Source: Ginsengibacter sp. (lineage in GTDB: Bacteria; Bacteroidota; Bacteroidia; Chitinophagales; Chitinophagaceae). From it: DNA of 64,000 nt. The stretch lies in contig JBQCHE010000020.1 of the NCBI GenBank assembly GCA_051954975.1, positions 64,841 to 128,840 on the forward strand, written 5' to 3'. The notes under the pieces were generated by a model. That model did not search any database and had not been told where the DNA came from. It worked only from the letters and a program-made list of their open reading frames with translations. The translations under genes were made by a program, and so were the position numbers. Shown here in pieces: positions 49,428-58,962 of this stretch (position 1 is the first letter of the stretch; the number at the start of each line of letters is the position of its first letter).

Positions 49428-50936
49428 ATGAAATTATCACGCCTTAATCTCAGGAATCTAAACACGGATAACATTTCGCTTCCTGACGGGAAAACATTTG
49501 ACTTGCCTGAAAAGGTTTTACAATTTGGCACCGGCGTTTTGCTGCGTGGCCTTCCGGATTTTTTTATTGATGCCGCCAATAAGGCGGGTATTTTTAATGG
49601 AAGAATTGTCGTAGTTAAATCAACCAAAAAGGGTGATACCGAAGCGTTTGACAGGCAGGACGGTCTTTATACTTTAGGCGAGCGCGGCATACAGAATGGT
49701 AAAAAAGTGGAGCGTAATATTCTTTGTTCTGCAATAAGCCGCGTGTTGGATGCCTCTTCCGAATGGATGGAAATTTTGAAATGCGCACACAATGAAAAAA
49801 TGCAAATCATCATTTCCAATACAACAGAAGTTGGGATACAACTGGTAAAAGAAGACATTCACCAACGCCCGCCTGTTTCGTATCCCGGAAAATTACTTGC
49901 TTTTTTGGATGAAAGATTTAAGGCGTTTAAAGGCAGGGAAGATGCAGGCTTGGTGATTATCCCTACAGAACTGCTTCCTGAAAATGGCGCTATGTTAAAA
50001 TCAATTGTGCTTGAATTAGCGCATCTGAATCTCCTGGAAAATGGTTTTATTGAATGGCTTGAAAACAGTAATACGTTTTGCAATTCGCTGGTGGATAGGA
50101 TTGTGATTGGTATGCCGCCGCAGGAATTGCGAAATAAAATTGAAAGCGAATTAGGATATAAAGATGATTTGTTAATCGTTTCAGAAGTCTATCGTTTGTG
50201 GGCAATAGAAGGAGATGAAAAAATTAAAAAGATTCTTTCTTTTGCAGGTGCAGATGAAGGAATCAAAATAGAACCGTCTATAGATTTATACCGTGAATTG
50301 AAATTGCGTCTGTTAAATGGCACGCATACTTTATGTTGCGGGCTTGCCTTTTATTCGGGCTTTGATACAGTGTACCAGGCGATGAATGATGAAATATTTT
50401 CGTCTTTTCTGGAAAGGCTGATGCGTGAAGAAATTGCTCCGGCTGTGCCCTATCAGATTGACGATGCAGTTAAGCAAAATTATATTTCTCATGTAGTTGA
50501 CCGTTTTCGCAATCCGCACATTCAGCATCGGTGGATAAACATCACGTTGAACTACACTTCAAAAATGAAGACGCGTTGTATTCCCTTACTCGTTGAACAT
50601 TATAACAAAAGCAGTACGGTTCCTCATTTATTTGCGCTCGGTTTTGCTGCCTATCTTTGGTTTATGAAACCGTTCAGGCAAGAGGGCAAAGAGTTTTTCG
50701 GTAAAAAGAATGATGAGGAATACCTGATTGAAGACCCCCTTGCAGAAAAATTATCCGCGCATTGGCAAAAAGATAATATCGAAACGGTGGTAAACGGAGT
50801 TTTAAGTGATATTTCTCTTTGGGAGCGCGACCTGACTCAGTTTGAAGGTTTTTCCGCGGCGGTAACGAATAATTTGAACAGCATCAAAAATGAAGGAATG
50901 AAAAATACATTGAACATTATTCAAAAAAATCGTTAA
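49428..50936 (+). CDS. uxaB: Tagaturonate reductase (altronate oxidoreductase)
   Basis: LQFGTGVLLRGLPDFFID, ISNTTEVGI, FCNSLVDRIV and RFRNPHIQH blocks parallel E. coli UxaB. Confidence 0.9.
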   Translation: MKLSRLNLRNLNTDNISLPDGKTFDLPEKVLQFGTGVLLRGLPDFFIDAANKAGIFNGRIVVVKSTKKGDTEAFDRQDGLYTLGERGIQNGKKVERNILCSAISRVLDASSEWMEILKCAHNEKMQIIISNTTEVGIQLVKEDIHQRPPVSYPGKLLAFLDERFKAFKGREDAGLVIIPTELLPENGAMLKSIVLELAHLNLLENGFIEWLENSNTFCNSLVDRIVIGMPPQELRNKIESELGYKDDLLIVSEVYRLWAIEGDEKIKKILSFAGADEGIKIEPSIDLYRELKLRLLNGTHTLCCGLAFYSGFDTVYQAMNDEIFSSFLERLMREEIAPAVPYQIDDAVKQNYISHVVDRFRNPHIQHRWINITLNYTSKMKTRCIPLLVEHYNKSSTVPHLFALGFAAYLWFMKPFRQEGKEFFGKKNDEEYLIEDPLAEKLSAHWQKDNIETVVNGVLSDISLWERDLTQFEGFSAAVTNNLNSIKNEGMKNTLNIIQKNR

Positions 50937-50943
50937 TGTAATT

Positions 50944-52596
50944 ATGAAACAGAAAGTAATGATGATTCATCCGAAGGATAATGTATTAGTAGCATTGACC
51001 AACCTTGAGGCGAACGAGCAGATAGAGTATAACGGTAATGAGTACACGTTAATAACCAGGGTGCCTGCAAAGCACAAATTTGTAATCAACGATATGAGGC
51101 CTGGCGATGAAATTTATATGTATGGTGTTTTGGTGGGCAAAGCGGAAACGTCAATTCCGCGGGGAAGCAGGATTACTACTACCAATGTAAAGCATGCGGC
51201 CAGTGGCTTTGCGGTGGGCGAACGGAAAACAGAATGGCACATTCCTGATATTTCAAAATTTAAAAACAGAACCTTCAACGGCTTTCACCGTGCTGATGGA
51301 AAGGTAGGTACAGCCAATTACTGGCTGGTGATTCCGATGGTATTTTGTGAAAACAGAAACGTGGAAATCTTAAGAGAAGCTTTGGTAAATGAATTGGGGT
51401 ATGGTAAAAATTTGAGTAAAAAGCTGGAAGTCTCCCGGCTGATTGATCTTTATAAGGAAGGAAAGGGCCCCGACGAAATTTTGAGCGCTGATGTTGACGC
51501 CGATGTTGAAGAAGAAAAAAAGCAAAGGGTTTTCCCAAATGTTGATGGCGTTAAATTTTTATCACACGAAGGCGGCTGCGGTGGAACGCGCGATGACGCA
51601 CAAGCCTTATGTGGTTTACTCGCAGGTTATATTACGCATTCAAACGTGGCAGGGGCAACGGTTTTAAGCCTTGGTTGCCAGAATGCGCAGGTGGGCATTT
51701 TGCAGGAAGAAATAAGAAAGCGCGATAGCAATTTTTCAAAACCCTTGTATATTCTGGAGCAGCAACAAATTGGCAGAGGTGACGATTTAATCTCAAAAGC
51801 CATTAAGCAAACCTTTACCGGCCTGATGGAAGCAGACAAGGTTACGAGAAAGCCTGCACCACTCAGCAAGCTAACCATCGGGCTGGAATGTGGTGGCTCG
51901 GACGGTTTCAGTGGCATTTCTGCCAATCCTGCAATAGGCTACACATCAGATCTGCTGGTGGCGCTTGGAGGCACGGTGGTACTTTCAGAATTTCCGGAAT
52001 TGTGTGGTGTTGAACAGAATTTAAGCGACCGTTGTGTGGATAAAGAAACTGCCATACGATTTGGAACATTGATGAAAACTTATAACGACAGAGCAAAAGC
52101 GGTTGGTTCCGGCTTTGATATGAACCCGTCACCAGGGAATATTAAAGATGGGCTCATCACAGACGCAATCAAATCAGCCGGCGCTGCAAAAAAAGGAGGC
52201 ACATCACCGGTTACAGATGTTTTGGATTATCCTGAAATGGTCACAAATCCGGGATTGAATCTGCTTTGTACTCCGGGCAATGATGTCGAAAGCACTACCG
52301 CTGAAGTAGGTTCAGGAGCCAATATCGTTTTATTCACCACAGGCCTGGGAACTCCTACGGGCAATCCGATAGCGCCGGTAATTAAGTTATCAAGCAATAC
52401 TACGTTGTATAACAAAATGAATGATATTATTGATATCAATACCGGAACGATAATTGACGGGGAAGAAACCGTAGCGCAAGCGGGCGAAAGAATATTGGAT
52501 TATGTAATAAAAGTTGCCAGCGGTGAAATTGAAGTAAGCTCAGTAAGGCATAAGCAAAATGATTTCATTCCCTGGAAAAGAGGAGTGAGTTTGTAA
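50944..52596 (+). CDS. uxaA: Altronate dehydratase
   Basis: N-terminal SAF domain (IHPKDNVLVAL) and a large UxaA/GarD C-domain (GFHRADGKVGTANYWLVIP..., LSHEGGCGG). Confidence 0.9.
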   Translation: MKQKVMMIHPKDNVLVALTNLEANEQIEYNGNEYTLITRVPAKHKFVINDMRPGDEIYMYGVLVGKAETSIPRGSRITTTNVKHAASGFAVGERKTEWHIPDISKFKNRTFNGFHRADGKVGTANYWLVIPMVFCENRNVEILREALVNELGYGKNLSKKLEVSRLIDLYKEGKGPDEILSADVDADVEEEKKQRVFPNVDGVKFLSHEGGCGGTRDDAQALCGLLAGYITHSNVAGATVLSLGCQNAQVGILQEEIRKRDSNFSKPLYILEQQQIGRGDDLISKAIKQTFTGLMEADKVTRKPAPLSKLTIGLECGGSDGFSGISANPAIGYTSDLLVALGGTVVLSEFPELCGVEQNLSDRCVDKETAIRFGTLMKTYNDRAKAVGSGFDMNPSPGNIKDGLITDAIKSAGAAKKGGTSPVTDVLDYPEMVTNPGLNLLCTPGNDVESTTAEVGSGANIVLFTTGLGTPTGNPIAPVIKLSSNTTLYNKMNDIIDINTGTIIDGEETVAQAGERILDYVIKVASGEIEVSSVRHKQNDFIPWKRGVSL

Positions 52597-52613
52597 GTGA
52601 TTAAAATAAAAAA

Positions 52614-52637
52614 ACCCGGACATGATTCCGGGTTTTT
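52614..52637. terminator. Bidirectional-looking intrinsic terminator between convergent uxaA and ferritin-like genes
   Basis: acccgga-catgat-tccgggt flanked by an A-run upstream (aaaaaaa) and tttt downstream. Confidence 0.75.
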
Positions 52638-52659
52638 GGTAGGTTGAATAATTATCAAT

Positions 52660-53514
52660 CTACCCTTTAATAAAAGGTTTTACAATTGCGAGTATTTCAT
52701 CTTTTGAAAGTGGCTCATCAAATGCTTCAGATGCGGCCGCTGCGGAAATATCCATTCCGCCAATATTCGTGATGGTAACTCCTGCCTGCATTGCGTTTTC
52801 TTCACCATCATAGCTCGCCTGTACCGCTGAAGTTCCGATTCCACTTTGATTCAATGTAATCCACGGCTTAACGGTAACGCCCGAAGGAACAAGGAATCCT
52901 GCTGCCTGCCTCATTTCACGGAGATGCGCTGCGTGCCTTGCTTCTACGGAATGGATTTGCAATGCAGCCGTTAAATAATCATTGTTGGAAATCAAATTTG
53001 GCGCCTGGCCTTTATAAGCTCTTACACCGGTATCTTCAAAAGTTTGAGCCACCGCCAGCAGCGTTCCGTAATCTGAAAAAACATTGTTAAAAGCGCCACC
53101 CGCAGTGAAGTCAAAATTATCAGCCGTAAATGATACAGGCGTACCTCCCGCAGCCTTAATAGCCGTTGTAAGAAATTTTACATGTTCATTTTCATGGTCG
53201 CGTATTTGCGTGAGTGCCGTCAATGCATCCCCGGAAGGGATGATTCCGGAACTAACCGCTTTGATGTAAAAATTAGATTCAAGGTATTCAAGTGTAAGTG
53301 CAAAATTCAGCGTATCAAAAATGATATCAGTTGGCGCTGTTGGCGATGAATAGGCCTTTTGAAACATAGACCCCAAAGCAAAAGGGATAGATGCGATGGC
53401 AATTCGCCCCGATGTTTTTGCAAAAGCTTTCATCGCGTTTCTTCGTGTATCCAGCCTGTCGTAAACTTCAGGATCTGTTTTTTCTATTTCGGAAAATATA
53501 TTTTGTAAGTTCAT
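52660..53514 (-). CDS. Ferritin-like domain protein (Ferritin_2 type), Tat-like signal
   Basis: LNFALTLEYLESNFY and HSVEARHAAHLR motifs. N-terminal TRRNAMKAFAKTSGRIAIASIPFALGS. Confidence 0.7.
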   Translation of the reverse strand: MNLQNIFSEIEKTDPEVYDRLDTRRNAMKAFAKTSGRIAIASIPFALGSMFQKAYSSPTAPTDIIFDTLNFALTLEYLESNFYIKAVSSGIIPSGDALTALTQIRDHENEHVKFLTTAIKAAGGTPVSFTADNFDFTAGGAFNNVFSDYGTLLAVAQTFEDTGVRAYKGQAPNLISNNDYLTAALQIHSVEARHAAHLREMRQAAGFLVPSGVTVKPWITLNQSGIGTSAVQASYDGEENAMQAGVTITNIGGMDISAAAASEAFDEPLSKDEILAIVKPFIKG

Positions 53515-53516
53515 AA

Positions 53517-54230
53517 TTATAAATTATAACTGGTGGGTAAATTACTTGCGTTAATTTTTGTTTTCAGAAATGCACCGGCAATGGTTAATACTTCATCCGG
53601 CTTTTTTGCATCGTCCAGGCCATTGATATCCACTACATCCATAGCAGCGAAGGAACCGGCTTTTACCATGTCGCGAACCCACGCCGCATGCCTTGCTTCC
53701 ACCGAGACAATTTTTCCTGCGATGGCTAGATAATCCGGATTTGTAATTAATTTACCTGCGCCGTTGTAGGCCGATACTCCCAAATCTTCAAACGCCATTG
53801 CGGTTCCCAAAACACTGTCCCTGCTTGTGAAATCAATTTTACTAAAATTTACTTCAAGGTCCTGTATGGCCTTCGATGAAAGAGCTGCTTTAAAAAATTC
53901 ACGGTGTGCAATTTCATAATCTCTTATATCTTTCAGATACAACATCTCCATGTCGTTGATTCCGCTAAATGGAGTTTTAATTACCTGGGTATAAAATGCT
54001 GCCTCCAATTGTTCCAGGGCATAAGCATAATTTAAAATGCCGATATCACCGCTTCCCAGGTCAACACCTGAATTGTTGTGCATCGGCGTTGTCTTTCTGC
54101 AGGATGCAGCGGCCACGGCTATTGCAGCGCCTGCTCCTCCCATTATTCCAAAGAATTTTCTCCTTGAAAATGAATTCGCCATTCCTTCAATTTGGGCTGG
54201 CTGAACTTCTTTTTTTTCCTCTTGTAACAT
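53517..54230 (-). CDS. Ferritin-like domain protein (Ferritin_2 type), twin-arginine signal
   Basis: LNYAYALEQLEAAFY and VSVEARHAAWVR motifs. Tat motif SRRKFFGIMGGAGAAIAVAAASC. Confidence 0.72.
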   Translation of the reverse strand: MLQEEKKEVQPAQIEGMANSFSRRKFFGIMGGAGAAIAVAAASCRKTTPMHNNSGVDLGSGDIGILNYAYALEQLEAAFYTQVIKTPFSGINDMEMLYLKDIRDYEIAHREFFKAALSSKAIQDLEVNFSKIDFTSRDSVLGTAMAFEDLGVSAYNGAGKLITNPDYLAIAGKIVSVEARHAAWVRDMVKAGSFAAMDVVDINGLDDAKKPDEVLTIAGAFLKTKINASNLPTSYNL

Positions 54231-54496
54231 AATTTAATTGATTAAGTGATTAATAAGTAGTTGATAATTTTTTATCAATTCATTAATACTTACGAAATAT
54301 GTTTTGCCGCGGATTTAAGAGTTTTTAGAAATAGAAATTTTTTTCTAAAATGGCGGAATCCGTCGAAGAGCAGATTTTGTGGCGTTAATCCTAATATAAA
54401 CCAAGCCTATTTATCCGTCCGCTGGAAATAAATAGTTGAAGTAAGTTTTTAAAAATGTTTTTTGGAAAGAAAAAAAAGAATAAGAGAATTGCTGAG

Positions 54497-55315
54497 TTAC
54501 ATTTTGCCGATAACGACCATTTGGTCCATAGTTGGAGTGGGGCTGCCCCCCGCTTTTTCAAGTGTGATGGCAAATGCATCTACATTGCCGAAAGATTTCA
54601 TTTGCTGAATATGATAAACACCTTTCGAAGTTTGTATCATGCCGCCGCTTACAGGCTTGCCATCTACCATGCCCCAAAGCTGGTATTGCATGCCCTCCGG
54701 CGCTTTAGGGAGATTTGATGGGTCAACATAAACCTGGCCAGTATTTTTTAACCAGAATATTTTCGCTACTGCATCAGGCATTTTTTCAGTACCTTTTAAT
54801 ACCACCGGCATGGCATATTTATCAGTAACTACATCCAGGTCGCGTGTCATTGCTTCATTAGATTTTTCTTTTTCCTGGAGTCGTTGCTCGGCCACTGCCA
54901 ACGCCTTTTGCGTGTTGTGGTATTTATTAAAATAAGAATAATTTAAAATGATGCTGCCAATTAATAATATAATCACGGCTGCAGCAACCCATTTATAAAA
55001 TAGGGGAATCGTATTTCTTTGTAAAGATATTACCGGCGATGAGGAAGAATCCGGGTAGGGAGGAAGCTGATCCAACACAGGTTTGTCTTCTTCAGAAAAT
55101 AACCGGTTCATTAATTTGTCTTTTACAGAAGGAGCAGGCGGTGTCGCATGAAGCTGCGCGTAGTTTTCCAAAGACAATTCAATATTATCCAGTTCCTTTT
55201 TAAGTTCGGGGAACTGTTGCAGGTGCTTTTCCACCACTTGCGATTCTTCTGCGGAACAAGCGCTCATGGCGTAAAGCTCAAGCAAACCAGATGATATGAA
55301 TTCTTCTTTAGTCAA
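54497..55315 (-). CDS. Anti-sigma factor with RskA-type extracytoplasmic domain
   Basis: 272 aa with an N-terminal anti-sigma helix region, one TM (WVAAAVIILLIGSIILN) and a C-terminal ...YQLWGMVDGKPVSGG...FAITLEKAGGSPTPT (RskA-like). Confidence 0.75.
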   Translation of the reverse strand: MTKEEFISSGLLELYAMSACSAEESQVVEKHLQQFPELKKELDNIELSLENYAQLHATPPAPSVKDKLMNRLFSEEDKPVLDQLPPYPDSSSSPVISLQRNTIPLFYKWVAAAVIILLIGSIILNYSYFNKYHNTQKALAVAEQRLQEKEKSNEAMTRDLDVVTDKYAMPVVLKGTEKMPDAVAKIFWLKNTGQVYVDPSNLPKAPEGMQYQLWGMVDGKPVSGGMIQTSKGVYHIQQMKSFGNVDAFAITLEKAGGSPTPTMDQMVVIGKM

Positions 55316-55316
55316 T

Positions 55317-55865
55317 TTATGATTGTAATAATTTTTTCAATATGGAAATCCCCGACCTGATTCTTGTCTTCACCGTGCCCAACGGAATTCCGAGCTTTTT
55401 TGAAATTTCTTCCTGCGTAAATCCCTCGAAATACGCGAGGTCTATCACATTTTTCTGTTCCTCCTTTAGTTGCATAGTCTGCTCCCTCAGGCCTATGGCA
55501 TCAAATTTATCATTTTCAACAGTATTGTTATTGCCTGTAATTACGGCAATATCAGAATTTTGGATTTTTGCCTGGGTTTTGTATCCTTTGCTTCTGATGG
55601 TATCGATGGTCAGGTTACGGGTAATGTTGAGCATCCATGTGAATAGCCTGCCTTTGGTAGCATCATAAGAAGAAAAGTTATTCCAGATTTTTAAAAACGC
55701 TTCCTGGAGGATGTCTTCCGCCAAATGTTGATCGCTTATTAATTTACAAATTACTGTGTTCAGAGCGCCGGCATAATTATCATATAGATAGCTAAAAGCG
55801 GATTGATCTCCTGTTTTTAATAACAAGATCAATTCTTCTTCGCTATATTTTTTTATCGGCGGCAA
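55317..55865 (-). CDS. ECF-type RNA polymerase sigma factor
   Basis: Region 2 (AEDILQEAFLKIW) and region 4 HTH (QEEISKKLGIPLGTVKTRI). Its stop lies 1 nt from the anti-sigma start. Confidence 0.88.
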   Translation of the reverse strand: MPPIKKYSEEELILLLKTGDQSAFSYLYDNYAGALNTVICKLISDQHLAEDILQEAFLKIWNNFSSYDATKGRLFTWMLNITRNLTIDTIRSKGYKTQAKIQNSDIAVITGNNNTVENDKFDAIGLREQTMQLKEEQKNVIDLAYFEGFTQEEISKKLGIPLGTVKTRIRSGISILKKLLQS

Positions 55866-56139
55866 ATGTTATATTATCAGTTTTGTACGATATAAATTGA
55901 AGAAAGAAATTGTTTGGTGAAAGTATATTTTTTACAGTAAATAAAGAAAAACAATAGATTTTTATTTTGTTGTAAAAATGAATAATTCACTAAATCCAAT
56001 ACAATGAGATATTCAGGCAATTTAGTGAAATATCGTTTTCTGAAATGCGCGGATTGAATTTTAAAACTTTCATTTTTGCTGATACCATAGATTTGCAAAA
56101 GCAATTTGACCGCTTCAAAATTGTTTGAATAAATTTTTT

Positions 56140-56442
56140 ATGAAGCAAAATAATACTTCGCCTCACATTCTCAGCACGTCGGCAAACCTGCTTGGCTTCT
56201 GCCTTTTTGTGATTACTTCGCTGCATGTAACCAATCACGCAGGTGGCAGCCATATTGACGAATTCACATCTCTTATAGCGCTTTTTCTAATCCTTTCTTC
56301 TGCCTTTTCTTTTTTTGCAATAAGAACCGTTCATTTGAAAAGAAAAGAATTGCTTGAAAAGATAGCGGATTATCTTTTTGTTTTCTCACTGTTTGGAATT
56401 ATGTTGATTATCCTCTTTATGGCGCTTAATTTTTTAAAATAA
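56140..56442 (+). CDS. Small membrane protein (about 100 aa, 3 TM), unknown family
   Basis: Hydrophobic helices LLGFCLFVITSL, LIALFLILSSAFSFFAI and LFVFSLFGIMLIILFMAL. The ATG at 56140 is preferred over the TTG at 56125. Confidence 0.5.
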   Translation: MKQNNTSPHILSTSANLLGFCLFVITSLHVTNHAGGSHIDEFTSLIALFLILSSAFSFFAIRTVHLKRKELLEKIADYLFVFSLFGIMLIILFMALNFLK

Positions 56443-56543
56443 AAACGACCGGTTAAAAGTTTTCTGCTTTTTGAAATGGAATCGGGGTACAAAGCGCCGG
56501 AAGAAAAACTTAGCTTTGAAATACATTAAACCGGAAACCAATC

Positions 56544-57863
56544 TTGAATAATTTTCTTAACAAGTTTAATCTTAATAAAGAAAGAGAAGAATCGCAAACT
56601 GTGGTTGATGTTATCAGCAATGATCTGGAATTCAGTGGCACCCGTTTATGGATTTTAATCTTTGCCATCTTTGTCGCATCGCTCGGATTGAATGTCAATT
56701 CCACGGCGGTTGTTATCGGCGCAATGTTGATCTCACCCTTAATGAGCCCCATAATGGGAATCGGATTGGGTATTGGAATTAATGATATGTCGTTGTTGCG
56801 CAAAGCAGCGAGCAACTATGTAGTGGCTGCATTGACCGGCCTCGGCACCTCCACCATATTCTTCCTTATTTCGCCTTTAAGCGATGCGCATTCAGAGATT
56901 CTCTCCCGCACTTCTCCAAATATTTATGATGTATTGATTGCGCTTTTTGGAGGATTGGCAGGAATAGTTGCCACTTCGAGCAAACAAAAGGGGAATGTAA
57001 TTCCTGGCGTTGCTATCGCCACAGCTTTAATGCCGCCGCTGTGTACGGCGGGCTATGGATTGGCTACCTTTCAGTGGAGCTTTTTTATAGGCGCCTTTTA
57101 TCTTTTTATTATTAATACGGTTTTCATTGCGGTTGCTACGTTCCTGATGGTTCGGTTTTTACGCTTTCCGGTAAAAACTTTTTTGAGCAAGGAATTGATG
57201 AACCGAAACCATCGCATTCTGTGGATTATTGTGATAGCCACACTGCTGCCCAGCCTATATTTGGGATATAATATAGTGCAGGAAGAAAATTTTTCCAACA
57301 ACGCAGAAAAATTCATTCACTATGAAGCACGCTTTCCGAACGATTATCTTTTATCAAAAAACATTGATCCGAAAAAGAGACTGATCTCTCTTGTGTATGG
57401 CGGAAAAGAAATTACCAGCGAAGAAATAAATCATCTGAAAAGCAAAATGAAACAGTATGGACTTGAAAGAGATTCGCTGGAAATCAAACAGGGCTTTGCT
57501 TACCTGGCTCCTCAAAAGGACAATAGTGGCGATGACCGCTTCACTTTGCTGTCTAATGCGCTGGCGTTAAAAGAAAAGCAGGAAAAGGAAATGCAACAAA
57601 AGTTAGACAGCATTCACAATGAAAAAAAATTATCCGCCCAGGTTTATTCAGAATTAAAAGTGCAATATCCAAAAATTAAGAGCGCTGTTATCGAACCTTC
57701 AACGGCCTATGCTGACAGCGCAAAAGCGAAAAACCTCTACCTGGTGCTGGTAGAAATTTCAGGCCGTGTGTCGTCTGCCGAAAGAAAAAAGATGGAAGAC
57801 TGGTTAAAGGTGCGTTTGCAACAACAACATCCTGACGATAGTCTCAGCCTGATTTTACACTAA
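56544..57863 (+). CDS. DUF389 (TIGR00341-like) membrane protein
   Basis: Repeated motifs ...IGAMLISPLMSPIMG... and ...IATALMPPLCTAGYGL... typical of DUF389. TTG start (no early in-frame ATG). C-terminal soluble extension. Confidence 0.6.
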   Translation: MNNFLNKFNLNKEREESQTVVDVISNDLEFSGTRLWILIFAIFVASLGLNVNSTAVVIGAMLISPLMSPIMGIGLGIGINDMSLLRKAASNYVVAALTGLGTSTIFFLISPLSDAHSEILSRTSPNIYDVLIALFGGLAGIVATSSKQKGNVIPGVAIATALMPPLCTAGYGLATFQWSFFIGAFYLFIINTVFIAVATFLMVRFLRFPVKTFLSKELMNRNHRILWIIVIATLLPSLYLGYNIVQEENFSNNAEKFIHYEARFPNDYLLSKNIDPKKRLISLVYGGKEITSEEINHLKSKMKQYGLERDSLEIKQGFAYLAPQKDNSGDDRFTLLSNALALKEKQEKEMQQKLDSIHNEKKLSAQVYSELKVQYPKIKSAVIEPSTAYADSAKAKNLYLVLVEISGRVSSAERKKMEDWLKVRLQQQHPDDSLSLILH

Positions 57864-58107
57864 TATAATATGCATTCCGTCTCTTTCACCATTTCTTAAT
57901 TTTTAGGATGTGCCGGTTGTTTAATTTTTTTTATTTCAGTAAACAAATAAATAATCGCGATTTTAATTTCCTAATTATAACAGTAATCCGTACACGCTTT
58001 TTTTACATCTGAAATGTTTTTGAGAATTCTAAAAAACAAAAAGGTATCTCAAACTTTATTATTACTTTCATTTCAAAATTATTTTCAAAATTAAAAACCA
58101 TATTCAC

Positions 58108-58830
58108 ATGAAAGTTGTACCTATAATCTGTATAGGATTTCTTCTACTTTTTGCTCCATCCCTCAAAGCTCAAAATGATCCGGTAACTGACAGTTTAAAT
58201 CAAAATAATGACTGGCCGAATTTGCGGCGCTACAGAAGTCAAAATGTAGAAGCAGGATTGCCCGCGCCAGGTGTAAATAGGGTAGTGTTTATGGGAAACT
58301 CAATTACAGATGGCTGGATTAATGCACGCCCGGAATTTTTTTCAAAAAATCCTTATTTGGATCGCGGCATTAGCGGGCAAACTACACCACAAATGCTCAT
58401 AAGGTTTCGCCAGGACGTGATTGACTTGAAACCAAAAGTGGTAGTAATACTTGCGGGCATTAATGATATTGCCGGAAACACAGGCCCATCCAGCGTTCAA
58501 ATGATTGAAAATAATTTGATGTCAATGGCACAGCTCGCCAAAGCCAACGGCATCAAGGTGGTTTTATGTTCAATAACGCCCGCAAACACATTTCCCTGGA
58601 GGCCAGGCATCAACCCCATTGAAAAAATTGCTGCGGTTAATAAATGGATGAAAGATTATGCTGCAAAAAATAATTTCGTATTTGTAAATTATTTTGATGC
58701 GATGGTAGACGATCAAAAAGGATTGCCTGCAAACTTATCCAAAGATGGCGTTCACCCCACGCCGGAAGGTTATAAGATAATGGAATCGCTTGTAGTGCCG
58801 GGGATACAAAAGGCGCTGAAGGGAAAATAA
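58108..58830 (+). CDS. Secreted SGNH/GDSL hydrolase
   Basis: Block I FMGNSITDG, block III GINDI, block V DGVHPT. Signal peptide present. Confidence 0.82.
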   Translation: MKVVPIICIGFLLLFAPSLKAQNDPVTDSLNQNNDWPNLRRYRSQNVEAGLPAPGVNRVVFMGNSITDGWINARPEFFSKNPYLDRGISGQTTPQMLIRFRQDVIDLKPKVVVILAGINDIAGNTGPSSVQMIENNLMSMAQLAKANGIKVVLCSITPANTFPWRPGINPIEKIAAVNKWMKDYAAKNNFVFVNYFDAMVDDQKGLPANLSKDGVHPTPEGYKIMESLVVPGIQKALKGK

Positions 58831-58962
58831 GATTTTAGAGCTGAGAACACTTTCACTGCATTGATTTTACCGCTCATGTAAAATACGTATGCCTGGCACA
58901 GCAAAACTTAACTTTGGATTGTTATTGCTGCAGGAGTTTACTAAATTAACAACTTCTTTTTT

